A stretch of 64,000 nt of DNA from Vicugna vicugna. Taxonomy: Eukaryota. Position numbers and translations under genes: made by a program. The stretch covers positions 6,017,684 through 6,081,683 of the forward strand of contig MU061814.1 of the NCBI GenBank assembly GCA_013265495.1, written 5' to 3'. The notes under the pieces are model-generated. The model did not search any database. It had not been told where the DNA came from and worked only from the letters and a program-made list of their open reading frames with translations. Below are positions 17,641 to 29,989 of this stretch, in pieces; within the stretch, counting starts at the first letter, position 1; each line of letters opens with the position of its first letter.

Positions 17641-20600
17641 CACCGAGGCCAGCCTGGTGTCTGTCAGGAAGAGCAAGCTGCTGGCCACACTGGATGGAGA
17701 GCGCCCAGCCCGGGAAGATGCTGATTGCTTGGCTTTCCAGAAGGCCGTTGCTGAGGGAGCCGAGGTGCCAGGAGCCCCTGGGGCAGAGCTGGAGACGGTT
17801 CCTAAGGCAGAGACAGGGCCTGGACCCACCGAGCCTGAGCAGGAGGAGGAAGAGGGGGAGGACGAGGAGGACGGGGCAGAGCTGAGCGGCAGGAAGGTGA
17901 ACGCCCCCTACTACAGTTCATGGGGCACCCTGGAGTATCACAACGCTATGATCGTGGGCACCGAAGAGGCAGAGGACGGCTCCCCCGGCGTCCGGGTGCT
18001 CTATCTCTACCCCACGCACAAGTCCCTGAAGCCCTGCCCCTTCTTCCTGGAGGGGAAGTGCCGCTTCAAGGAGAACTGCAGGTAAAGCCTGGGGTCCTGG
18101 GCCCCTGTGGGGGGTAGGGGGCTTACAGATGAGACCAGGGCACGGCTGGCCCTCTGTGCTGTGTGTCGTCCGTCTCTGCCCAGCAGGGTACTGACAAGAA
18201 GAGAGTTTTGGGGGCCAGGGGATTCCTACAGCAGTGTCCTTGTTAAGAGGTTTACTCGGATTTTCCCAGGTAGAGCAAGTGTAGGAAGGCTTGTTGAAAA
18301 GAATGGACGCCACCCACCCCTACCATCATCAGTTGTACTGTTCAGATTGAAACATCTACAATTTACTTTTGTTATAGAAACTTTGTTATAGAAACTGCTG
18401 AACAGACAGGACGTTACAGAGTTGCGTGCTGACTTCCCACCATCCCATCTAGCTTCATTGTTTGTTAACAATTTGCACGTCTTGTGTCATCTTCCTGCCC
18501 CTGGATGGTTTTAAAGCAAGTTTTAGAAATTGCTGGGGTTTTCACCTATAAATACTTCAGGGTGCACAAGTAATCTAACTGATCAACATAGTCATTGTCA
18601 CACATAGCAAATTTAACGATAACACCTTGTTTATATTCAGGTTTTCACAGTGGTTGTGATGATGTTTTCCTTGAGCACATAACTTTAATTTTGTTTCTTT
18701 TTACTTTAACTTTGCAAAGAATATCTATGAAGATTTGTAAAATTTTTCTTTTCTAGCCAGTAGTCCAGGGTAACTGTCTCAAGTTCTTTGGTTGTCTTAT
18801 TTTTTTGTTTTGTTTTGTTTTGTTTCTTGACAACCAGGAAGTTTGTCTTATTTCTTTGTAGGTTCTTGCAGGGCCCAGAGTCTTACTTGGCGCATTTCTC
18901 CCTTTCTCCTTTTTTTGTAAGTTTTGAAGAAATGCAGCGCACCTGCAGAAAAGTCCGTAGTTCATAAGCCTGCTTGAGTTCCCACAGAGTGGACGTACCC
19001 GTGTCACCAGCAAACAGATCAAGGAACAGAGGCGTAGGCCCTTCCATCTTTTCTGCCACTGGTCCCTCTGGAGGGTCCCCCCGCGTCCCTGCGCAGGGTC
19101 CCATATGAGGGTGAGCGCTGCCGTGTCTATGTGCTGCTTCCTCTGGGCAGGCGCTGTTCCGAGAGTTTCCTACACACTAACTCAGGTGAGCAGCAGCCCT
19201 GCCAGGCAGGTCCTGCACCCCTCGGTTGCCCAGGTCACAGGGGCAGCCAGGCTCTGCAGCGCTCCCAGCCACTACGCTCAGGGGCTGCTTGCTCTGTCCA
19301 CCTCAGGCTGGACCAGTGCCGCCTGCAGACCTCCACATCACCACACCCCAGTCTCATAATTGTTTTCTTCATTTGCTTTGGGTTTTTAGAAGTGAAATAA
19401 CACAGATAATGTTGAAGCACACTGTGACCCACCACTCTGTCCCCTCCCCTGCTGGGAGGCTCGGCATCACAGCGTTGGTGCCTCTCTCTCTAGTGCACGT
19501 TAGTTCTGTGTGAACATGTGTGTCTGTAAATAGAACACGTTTGTGCTTTATTTTCTAAATAAACAGTATCACCCTAGGCTTCATTTTGCAACTTGTGTTT
19601 CTCACTAAGCATGTTGGTGGGAGAAGGCCCTGTTGGTATCTATAGAACTTTTAACTACTGTGTAATTTTTCTTCACGTGAGTACACCACACTTTATATAT
19701 CCTGTCTCCTGACGTTGTCCAGTTTTTATTGCAGACAATGTGCTGTGAACATTGTACTACGTGTCTTTTTTCATACACAGTGGGGTGAGAGTTTCCCTGA
19801 GGTGTGAGGCATGGAGGGCACGTGCCTCTCTGTTCCTGCCTGGCAGGCAGTGTCCAGGCCCTGGTCTTCGCCAGGGCCACCCGCGCTTGCCTTCTGTGAC
19901 TCACAGCTTCCTGCCCATTGAAAGCTGGGGAAGTGTTCTTGATTCAACTTGTATTTTGTCGGTCATTGCTGAGATTGGGAATTCTCTCATGCACTGGCTC
20001 TAACTTAATCTCCATGTATCAGTATTCATATAAAACAGATATAAAACAGAGATGACCATCATCTTTCGCAGCTGTTAGGAGAATGGAATGCATTAATATG
20101 CATTAATTAAAAAATTTTGAACAGTACCTAATATGTAGTAAGGACACAAGAGACTTAAAATTTTTATCTTGTTGTCGTAAATTAAAATCACATGCAGGAA
20201 GTACAGGTGTATCATGGGAATCATTGTAACACCCTAGTACTCACCGCTCAGATCAGAACTACAAATTTGCCAGTTACCCCGGAAGTTCTCCCTGTGTCTC
20301 AGCCTACATGCAGCTCTCCCCTCCTTGTCTCCCTCCTCCAGAAACCACCACTGTCCAGACTTTTCTGGTGGTCGCCTCCTTATGTTCTGTACGGTCTGTC
20401 ACTGGGGCCACAGGCATGAACATTGTAGTCTGACTCGCTCACGTTCTAACCCTGCTGTGCCTGCATCTGGCCGTGCACACCCTCTGCCCGCCGCCCTTGG
20501 ACCCCAGTCTCGCTGTTGAAGACCAGACCCTCTGACCGTCGGCCCAGCCGGCAGTGGGATCCAGGGACTCGGGGCACTGTTCTTTACTAAGGAAGCGCCT

Positions 20601-23600
20601 GATGTCTCCTTGTTCTTCTGTGGTGTTGGCTGCCAGTGATGCCCGACGCCTACATCCAGTGATTCGGTGCAGGTTGCCAAAAGAGATCTTTCAATTCTGT
20701 CAGTTGGGTTTAATTTACTTGCTGGAATGTGGTAGAGAGACACCTCTCCTCACCTCCGACCTGGCTACTTAGTGGTACGGCTCACATAGAGAAGGCAGGA
20801 CCATGCCGAGCTCTTCTGTCTTGTTCACTTGGCCTCCCAGATAATGAATTGGTTCTCTTTAATCCTGAGAAGGTGATGAATTCGCTTTTAAAACAATGTT
20901 CAATGGCCTTACGGACTCATGGATTTAAGTATATTTGATTTTCAGTCACTGAGATTCTGATCTTTGTTGAAACTCAAATTGTCCCACCCTTGGCTCCTTT
21001 TGGCCCAGGAGTCAGGACTCCACACTCATCCCTGCTCTTCCTACTTCAAGCCCAAACGTGGCCAAGTCTCCCAGAGGCCCTTGCTTCTTCCAACAGGAGG
21101 CGGTATTTCAAGACCCATGACGGGCCCTGGGACGCACTCTTGCTGGGCAGCCCCCATTCTGGGTCTTTGCAGCAGATAGAGCCAGGAGATGGAGGTGGAC
21201 ACACGGATTTACACTGACTGTATCTGTACACATACTAGGTACTTGTTATTAAGGACGGAATACCTTGTGAATTCATCATCTTTTCTGAGCCACACCTGTG
21301 TTTCCTTCTCTACCTCAAGGACACAAGAGGATGGGCTCCAAACGTCCCACAATTAGTTTTACCCCATTTTACATACATGATGCTCTCAGAATCACAACAC
21401 TCATTTTTTATCTGTGATGACTGAAAACTGTTGAAAACGTTTTTACACACGCTACCCGCATGCTTCCTGCTGTCTGCACTAGACCCGCACCATCTCCCTT
21501 TTACTCTCAGCCTTCGTCCCAGAAGAAACCTTGCTCTGTGTGCTCAACCTCGCTCCATCTGTCAGGGTCTTTCTGGTCGTTGTGGGCGTCTGAGGCCACG
21601 GGAGGCCTGGCACGTTACTTACGTTCTGTTTGTCTTTGCTTGAAGAGCAGTTTCACAGAATATGAGAGTCTTGGCTCATGTTCTTTCTTTGAACATTTTA
21701 TATAACTTACTCCATTCTGACATAAAGCATTGTTGAAAAGTTTAATTTTTCCCACATAAATCGGGGCTCTGATAAGGGTCTAGCTTCCAGCAGGGCTGAT
21801 TGGCCAGGGCCCCGTGTTGAGACGTGACTGGTCACATGTGTGGGCTGAGTTCCGGCTCTCATCTCGTCTGTGGGGCCACACGGTCAGTTTATCCTGGGAC
21901 GCACTGTTTTGACGCCTGGCTCTGTGGTGAGTCTCGAGGTCAGGATGTGCATAGTCTTCTAACGCTTTCCCTTCCTCTCAAGGTGGTTTTGGGTATTAGG
22001 GACCCATTGTAATTCCGTATCAGTTTTAAAGCATTTTGTTTCTGTGTAAAAGATGGCAGGAATCGCACTGGGTCTGCAGATACAATGCCAATTCTAATTC
22101 ACGAGCCCAGGTTGTCCTTCCAGTCACGCTGGTCGTCTTCAGCTTCTCAGCGACGCTCTGCAGCCTCACCCTTGGGCGGGGGAGTTTGTGGGGCTCTTCC
22201 TCGCTTTGATGCCGTTGTGAACGAAGCTGTCGGTTTCACTCCTAGCGTGGTCCTTGGTGATGTGTTGCAGCAGAGCTGATTTTTGCATGTCAGTCTTGTA
22301 TCCTGCAGTGTTGCCAGATTCATTTGTTAGCTCTGAGGGGACTTTCTGTGGGTCATTTTGGGTTTTCTATATACACAGCCATGTCACTGACAGATAGAGG
22401 TTATTTTGCTGCTCCCTCTCCTGTTTGGCTGCTTTTGTTTCTTTCTCATGCTTGATTGCTCTGCCCAGAACTCCCAGTACCGTGTCGCACAGAAGTGGAG
22501 AGCGGGCATCCTCGCCTGCCCCTCATCGTGGGGAAGCACCCCGTCTTTCACTGCTGAGCAGGAGGCGAGCTGTGGGCTTCCCAGACATGCTGCTTATCCA
22601 GTTGAGGAAGTTCCCTTCTCCCCCTGGTTGGCTGAGTGTTTTTATCATGAAAGGGTGTTGGGTTTTTCCAAATGTCTTTCCCTCATCAGTCAACGCGCCC
22701 CTGGGTTTTCCCTTCATTCTGTTTATGCGCTTTATTTCATTGAGTGAAGGTCACGTGTTGAACCACCCTTGCATTCCTGGGATGAACCACACTTAGCTGT
22801 GCTAAATGCCTGTTCTCAGGTTCAAGTTTTTACTTATTCTGGAGTGGATTTTTGTGAACGTTGTGAGGTAGATGACTGAGTGGTGTGTTTTGGGGTGGGG
22901 TTTTTTTTGGTATGGGAAACCAGTTTAGTTTTTTTGTGATGAAATCTGCAGCCCATCCCTTCCTGCCTCATTTGTGATGCTCGCTCTGTCCTGAGTGAGG
23001 TTGGCTGTGTGCAGAGCTCTCCAGGGTGTGCCTGTCATTCCATTGGTCAGTCTTCCCCTCTCCTGGATTCACGTTCATTTTATGGGTGTGCCATTCACTG
23101 CTCCCCACAGTTGGGAATCTAGGTTATTTCCAAGTATCTCACATTTGGTTAACGTCCTTGTGGCTAAATCTGTGCGTACTTTCATTATTATTTGTTTAGA
23201 AGCATCTCGTGGAAGCCCTTCTGGGTTGAGGAAGGTACAAACTGTGGGGCCCTCATCTTACTGAGGACTCATGCAGGCATTTGGCTGGTGGTGTCTCAGG
23301 GTATGTGTGTGTCAAGGGCGTATTTGGCCAATGCACCTGGCGGGTAGGCCTCTGCTCCTTGGTTGAGCAGGGCTTTTCAACTGCAGTGTCCACCCAGTCC
23401 AGGTGGGGCCCGGTCTGGCAGCTGCTGGTGCCACTCAGTCATTGGCAGTGCCCTGGCCGCCTGAGGACAGGCAGGTGTGGGAAGGAGCTGCCCAGAGTCC
23501 GGCCCCGGCAGGCCTCCGAGGCTGTCTTTGTCCGCCCCGGGACATGATGGAGGTACCTTCTGTTTTCCCTCTTGTCACTGCTAGGGCAGCCATGGCCCCG

Positions 23601-26460
23601 CTGGCTCTGGGCGGGGGGCCGTGCCGTCCTGGCTGCTCCTGTGGGGTCAGAGCAGTTTCCTCTCTGCAGCGGCGGCACTCAGGGGCTGTGGGTGGCTTTT
23701 CATGTCTTTATTTGGCAGAGTTAAGGCTGCAGCCCTCTGTCCCCGCCCCTCCTCCTCCCCTCCTTCCTCCTCTCTCCCAATTTGCATGTTGATTTCACCG
23801 TTTCACTGATGTCTAGACATCAGGGCCGCGCTGGTACAGCCAGGTCCTCCTGGTCAGCTGGGGAGGACCGAGTCCTGTGAGCACATGCCCCGCCTTGCTC
23901 ACTCATGGTGTCCAGGCCCTGTGTCTGGCAGAGAAACAAGGGGTGCTCTCCTCACAGGGGGGGCTTCCAGCCACACTCTCCCAGGCAGTCCCGCAAAGGA
24001 GCTTGTCCTGGGGGCACCCAGTCCGTCCTGAGAGTGAGAGCTCAAGCACAGGGAGGGAATACACATATGCGTGTGTGTGTGCCTGTGGTGTGCACACATG
24101 TACGTGTGTGCGTGTGTGTGCATGCACATGTGTGTGTGTAACTGTCCTTCCCTCCAGGGCAGCGCCCAGGCAGGTAGACTTGATTCTCCTGGGCCCGCGC
24201 GGCCCTGGTGGGCCATGTCTGAGTCTGCACCCTGCGGCCCTCTCCGCAGGTTCTCCCATGGGCAGGTGGTCTCTGTGGAGGAGTTGCGCCCCTTTCAAGA
24301 CCCAGACCTGAGCTCTCTGCAGGCCGGCTCTGCCTGTCTGGCCAAGCAGCAGGACGGCCTCTGGTACCCAGCACGGATCACTGGTGAGGCTGCCCAGGGC
24401 CTCCCTGACAGGGCCCTTCCTGGGAAGCCCTCTCCATGCGTCACACGCATTGGTCCTGTGTGACCACCCCTTTGGTTGGGCATTGGGACTCCACGCCTTG
24501 GCCAGGAGGAGTGAGACCACCCTTGGCCTCGGCCCCACCCTATTCCTAGCTCCCGTTGTGGCTCTTGTCATGTGTTGAGGCCACTGACCCAGCTGTCTTG
24601 GTGCCCCTACAGATGTGGATAGCGGCTACTACACAGTCAAGTTTGACTCTCTGCTGTTGAAGGAGACCGTGGTGGAGGGGGACAGCATCCTGCCCCCACT
24701 GCGCACGGAGCCCACAGGGTCCTCTGACTCAGACAGCAGCGATGCAGACGACCCCAGCTATGCTAGAGGTATGGCTGCGGCTCGGCCTGGGAGCAGGACG
24801 GCGGGGGCGGGCAGCGTGGGCAGCAGCCACCCCAAGAGACTCCTCCTGGTCAGGAAGAGGATGCATATCAAAGGGGGCGCTGGGTGTGGAAGCCCCCCAG
24901 AGGGGCTGGAGCTGATGAACAAGTGTGGGGCAGGTCTAGGGTAGGTCCAGAGACTCACGGACACAAAAATGCAGCCCTCATCTTCAAGAAGCACGTCAGC
25001 AATTACAGTCCCACAGGAGCCACTGGAGGGGCAGGGAAGAGAGGGATGCCTGGTGCGCATGAAGGAGCAGCTCCTTCCAGTGGCTCCCTTCAGGGCCCAG
25101 GTGCCTGGTGGATGGAGGAGGAGCTGCGTTCAGACAGCTGGAAAGGGAGAATTTCAGGAGGAGGATTGGCTGGCAGTGTCTGGCCCTCCTGAGGGGAGGT
25201 CCCTGTGGGACCTGTGATGTAAGCCAACAAGTGGAGGGGAGCGGAGCCCACTTCCTGGGAAGGTGGGTCAGGAGAAGGGCCGTGCAGGATGGGGCCACCA
25301 TGTGACCAGGTTGTGGCCCAGAAGCATGGAGAGGGCCAGGCTCTGCCACAAGCCCTGCCCATTGCTGTCACCACCACAGCCCTGGGTCACCGGCAGGGAG
25401 CCAGAGGCACAAGGCATCGCAGCCCTAGCCCAGAGCTGAGCTCTTGGGCTAACCCTGGCCAGAGCCCCGCATGCTTTGGACCTGTCTGGGTCAAGCCACT
25501 GCCCTTTGATTGCGTAGTGGTGGAACCCAGCGCTGCTGACCCCGGGACCTGCAGCTCCGCCTTCGCTGGCTGGGAGGTGCACACACGAGGCATTGGCTCC
25601 AGACTCCTCGCCAAGATGGGCTATGAGTTTGGCAAGGGTAAGTGTGTCCTGCACCAGGGAGATGAGGGGGCTCCCGCAGCTCAGCCCGGGTTCCAGCAGC
25701 AGTGCCAGCCCCGTGTCCCCTCAGGTCTGGGCCGACACTCGGAGGGCCGGGTGGAGCCCATCCATGCCGTGGTGCTGCCGCGAGGGAAGTCGCTGGACCA
25801 GTGTGCGGAGATCCTGCAGAGGAGGACCCGGGCCAGCAAGGCCAGCACCAGCAGGCCCCCAAAATGCCGGGGGAGAGGGGTTGGACCTGGGGGTCACCCA
25901 CCCCCTCGGAGCGTGTTCGACTTCCTGAACGAGAAACTTCGGGGCAGGGCCCCCGGGGCCCTGGAGGCAGGGGCCGCGCCCGCAGGGAGGAGGAGCGGCA
26001 AAGAGGTGTACCATGCCAGCAAGAGCACCAAGCGGGCCCTGAGCCTGCGGCTCCTCCAGACCGAGGAGAAGATTGAGCAGACCCAGCGAGTCATCCGGGG
26101 TATCCAGGAGGCCCTCGCCCGCAACACCGGCCGGTACGTGCGGGCCTGGGCTCAGGGCAGGCCCTGGCGTGGGTACCCCGCCCACCATTCACGTGCAAGC
26201 TGGCCCTGAGCAAGGGTGGCCGGTCTGGGGGCGCTGTGGGTTGGAGGATGATGGGAGAGGCCTGGACGGGGGCTGGGCTGCCACGTGCAGAACCCAGGCT
26301 GAATGGCAGGCCCCTCTCTAGGCACAGCGTGACGGTGGCCCAGCTGCAGGAGAAGTTGGCAGGCGCCCAGCGGCAGCTGGGGCAGCTCCAGGCCCAGGAG
26401 GCAGGCCTGCAGCGGGAACAGAGGAAGGCAGACACCCACAAGAAGATGACCGAGTTCTAG
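17495..26460 (+). CDS. ZGPAT: Zinc finger CCCH-type with G-patch domain protein (514 aa, complete)
   Basis: Exons 17495-18081, 24250-24383, 24613-24768, 25518-25637, 25725-26133, 26322-26460. Total 1545 nt, GT-AG. MDEESLQTAL start; CCCH finger CPFFLEGKCRFKENCRFSH; Tudor-like region; G-patch GIGSRLLAKMGYEFGKGLG; ends HKKMTEF*. Confidence 0.97.
18370..23250 (-). mobile_element. Patchwork of old L1 (L1M-type) fragments in ZGPAT intron 2, antisense to the gene
   Basis: AT-rich blocks resembling reverse-complement L1 3' ends (~18400-18700, 19390-19800, 20150-20400, 20880-20960) and ORF2 (~21780-22880, e.g. GGTGGTTTTGGGTATTAGGGACCCATTGTAATTCCGTATCAG). Boundaries approximate. Confidence 0.65.
24058..24140. 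repeat. Imperfect (TG/CA)n alternating purine-pyrimidine tract
   Basis: ACACATATGCGTGTGTGTGTGCC...GCATGCACATGTGTGTGTGTA. Confidence 0.85.
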
Positions 26461-26717
26461 GGCTCCCACGCGCCACACTCACAGAGCCTAGGGGCCCTGG
26501 CCCCACTGTCCTCTGCAAGACCAGCCGTCACCCAGCGACTCAGACGCCACCAGTAGAGGGGCCAGTCCAGCCCAGGCTAGACCCCACGGCTGGCCTTCCT
26601 GCCAGCCCAGGGCGCGTGGACACTGCTGAGGGGCGCTGGGGCTGGGGTTGCTTTTCAACACGAACTTGCCCCTTGAGCCCACCTGCCAGTGTCTTCAGGA
26701 GTCCGCTCAGGATGGAC

Positions 26718-26723
26718 ATTAAA
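26718..26723 (+). terminator. ZGPAT poly(A) signal, ATTAAA variant
   Basis: ATTAAA ~260 nt after the stop, followed by a GT-rich stretch. Confidence 0.65.
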
Positions 26724-28246
26724 GTGATGTTGCTGTAGTATCTCACTGGAAGCTTGGCTGGCTGTGGGGTCTTTCTGGAGAGGAGGGGTCTTTGCACCAG
26801 GACTCAGGTCGGGACTGGAGGGGTCCTGAATGAGGCAGAGGGCCCAGGAGGACTGGCATTCTCACTGCCCTCCCAGAAAGGGCTGTGCTAGCAGCTCTGA
26901 GGCAGATCAGAGCCTGAGGTGCCCCCCTTGTAGCCTGAACCACAGATGGGTGGAGCCGCTGCTGCCACGGTGGGAGGAGACCGGGCAGGCCCCGGGGGTG
27001 TTGGCAGCCCAAGAGCCTGGGTTCAGCCCCAGGGCTGGGCGGCCACAAGACCACCCAGTTCCCGTGCTGTGCCTGGTGTGCCCACCTCATCGTGGGTGGA
27101 GACAACCTACGGCCAGCTCTCAGGACAGTGCTGGCTCACAGCGCACCCCCACCCGGTACTGCTGAGACCCCAGGCGGGGCCGCGGCAGGTGGCTGAGGCT
27201 GCAGCGCGGGGCTGAGTGGCTGTGTGGGGAGACGCAGCCTGACGCACAGGCAGGAAGTGAGGTGGGAGCTGGGCTGAGGGCTGCACAAAGGCACCACGCC
27301 TCAAGGTGCCCAGGCTGCCTGCTGCCCCAGACAGCGGAGGAGGCGTGCGCCTCGGCCTTGGTAAGTGTCTGCTCTGGTCTCCAGCCTGGCCAGGGCCCCA
27401 GGCCGCTTAGTGCCTTCCTCGGGCAGCTGAGGACTGGGGTCTGGGAGGATTGGGCCCTACCAGGTCAGGTCACTGGGGCCTGGGTCCTCCCTGGGTCTGG
27501 GCAGACTGGCCTCCACCTCCGAAACACCCCATCCCCTGGCTCTGTGCTGCTGGACTACAAGACCATGCTGGTTGTGGGGTAGACGCCCTCTCCCCTCAAG
27601 CAGCTCTGTAAGACGCCAGGAAGCAGACGTCCAGTGGCAGAGACAGTTGGAGCGGTGAATGGAGAGGTGGGGTGGGGCAGGCAATGCCCAGAGCAGCCCT
27701 TCCTCCCCCTCTACCGGCTTTCCAGCCCCTCAGGGGCCAGCGTCTGTAGCGGACAGCTAGGGGGCGTACCTGAGACAGGAGCCATGCCTGGGCAGGACGT
27801 GGCTGCAGGTGAGTGTGGCTCATGGCTTGCAAGCCTACGGTGTGGCCTCAGGGCCTCCCTGGCTCTCAGGTTTGGGCTGCAGTGACCACAGCAGGGCTTT
27901 GGCCAGGTCACAGCTGCCCTGCCCCTCCTCACTGGCCATGCTTGGCCATCACCTGCTCATCCTCACCAACTCAAGTGCCCAGGGGCCAGGCAGAGCATAC
28001 CTCACACTCACCAGGAGTCCCCAGGCAGAGGTGGGAAGGTAGGCACCTGGGCTGTGTCCCCTCAGCCTCTGTAGGAAGGAGGGGTGCTGAGCCTTGGGGG
28101 TTTCCTGTGTGCTGAGTCAGCGCCCAAGGGGGAGGGAACCGCCCAGCAGCTGGAGTCGCAGGAGTGGGCCTGTCAGGGAGGTACCCAGTCCCTTAGCCCC
28201 CAGCCCTCTTGTCTTCTGCCTCCAGGCCTGTCCACGGCTTTGCAGG

Positions 28247-29505
28247 ATGAGGCCACAGGTGCCCTTGGCCCCTCCTGCCCTCTGGGTCCTAGGGTGCCTC
28301 ACCTTCCTGCTCTGGCTGTGGGTGCTGTGCTCAGCCTGCCACAGGTATGTCCACCCCTGGCCTTGGTGGGGCCTGGCTCAGCTCTGCAGCCAGAAGGGGT
28401 GGGGCTCCAGGCCGGCCTAGCACCAGCTCTGTATACATGCCTCCCTGTGGGCCTCGGACCAGGGGCCGATGCCCTTGACCCGCGTGTCTGCCTCACTGGC
28501 CTGATGACCCTCTTGCCCCCAGGAAGCGGGTGCCAAGGCAGCTGTCCAGGCTGCAGGACAGTGTGATGCCAGTGGAAGGGGTGAGTGCCAGGCTGTCCCC
28601 AGGGCCAGGGTGGGGCCAGCAGGGCACCAGCCAGTCTTCCTCACCCCCAGTCACTGATGAGACGGCCCTACCACCACTCCCTCAGCAAGTCGGACACCAG
28701 ACTGCATGAGCTGCACCGCAGCCGGCCCTGCAACAGAGGTGAGCCAGTGGGAGAGCCGGGCCTGGCAGTGGGCAGGCATCCCCTGACCCTGAGTGATCTC
28801 TTCCCTGACCCCAGCCCCAGCCCCACGGCCCGCCAGCATGGATCTCCTGTGCCCGCAATGGCCAGAGGTGTCCAGAGGCACCAACAGGCCCCCAGCAGCC
28901 TTCTCACACCTGGAGCTGCCCCTGGCTGCGCCCTCCACCAGCCCCGAGGCCACCTATTCCAATGTGGGGCTGGCTGCGATCCCCCGGGCCAGCCTGGCAG
29001 TCAGCCCTGGGGTGTGGACAGGGTCATGGCTGACCAGCAGCTGTGCCAGGCCTGGGCCTGCGGCCAGACCCGTGGTGGCTGAGTATGCTTGCATCCAGAA
29101 GTTCAAGGGAACAGATCGGGGTCCCCAAGGCCTGGAGCTGGGGAAGGCTGAGCTGACCCCAGCCACTCAGGTATAGTGAAGGATGTGAGGCAGGGTGGGT
29201 TGGACTGAGCAGGTCCTTGGCAGAACGGATGGTGCTGACCCCTCCCCGGGTTGGCTTCCTCTCTCCAGGTAGACCTCCTGTACTCCAGGGTCAGCAAGCC
29301 TAAAAGGAGGGACCCAGGACCTGCCACATGCCAGCCCAACCCCAATGGAGGGGGAGCAGTTCTGGCTCTGAGAGGTGACTCGGCCTACGAGGTCCTTCCA
29401 CTCAGGGGTCTGGGTGTGGACAAGAGCCTCCTGGAAAACGTGTATGAGAGCATCCAGGAGATGGGGGCTTCTGTGCACCTGGAGCCCTCTAGCTCGAGCT
29501 CCTAG
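28247..29505 (+). CDS. LIME1: Lck-interacting transmembrane adaptor 1 (276 aa, complete)
   Basis: Exons 28247-28344, 28523-28580, 28651-28738, 28821-29170, 29269-29505. Total 831 nt. TM helix [21 protein letters not shown] palmitoylation motif, [12 protein letters not shown], tyrosine motifs YSNV, YACI, YSRV, YEVL, YESI. Confidence 0.95.
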
Positions 29506-29698
29506 CGGGAGAGGACATATGCAGGGCATGGAGCCCCCTGCTTCCTGTCTAAACACCCAAGTACCATGGTCCTTCCTCCAGAGTGGCGTGCCACCCTTCA
29601 CTTCCCCCACAGTCTCCTCCCACACACAGCTGACAGCACAAATTCCAGATCGCAGGGCTGCCAGCCTGTGGGGTCCCTGGGGTCCAGGGCAGCCTCTC

Positions 29699-29704
29699 AA
29701 TAAA
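29699..29704 (+). terminator. LIME1 poly(A) signal AATAAA
   Basis: Canonical hexamer ~190 nt after the LIME1 stop. Confidence 0.8.
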
Positions 29705-29989
29705 CCCCCAGCTCAGGCGCCGAACACAGCCTTGCCTCACCGCCTGCTCTTCTTGAAAGCCTGGGAGGCTGGGCGGGCGGGGAGTGTGGGGAGGTCGGAA
29801 AGTAGTTTAAAACCTCCCCTCTTTCCGCCTGGGGACACCGGCGGGTCGGGCTCAGAAGACCAAGTAGGGAGGGAGGCAAGCCCTGGGGGCTGGTCCCTAG
29901 GCCAGTGGGTCCTCAGGGCAGTGAGCCGGCCCGCCCGGTGGCCGCCCCAGGGTGGGACCTGGACCCGGAATGTCAGGGAGGGCTCCGCC

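Noticed and set aside
16419-17724. Long ORFs of 341-412 aa across the ARFRP1/ZGPAT promoter
   Set aside because: Low-complexity Arg/Pro/Gly/Ala frames are expected in CpG islands that lack stop codons; no recognisable domain.
28181-28225. 45-nt first intron of LIME1
   Set aside because: Too short for normal mammalian splicing; better donors exist at 27809 and 28039.
28995-29070. LIME1 segment ([16 protein letters not shown]...) absent from human
   Set aside because: I recall a similar segment in mouse Lime1, so this is probably a human-side deletion rather than a novelty here.
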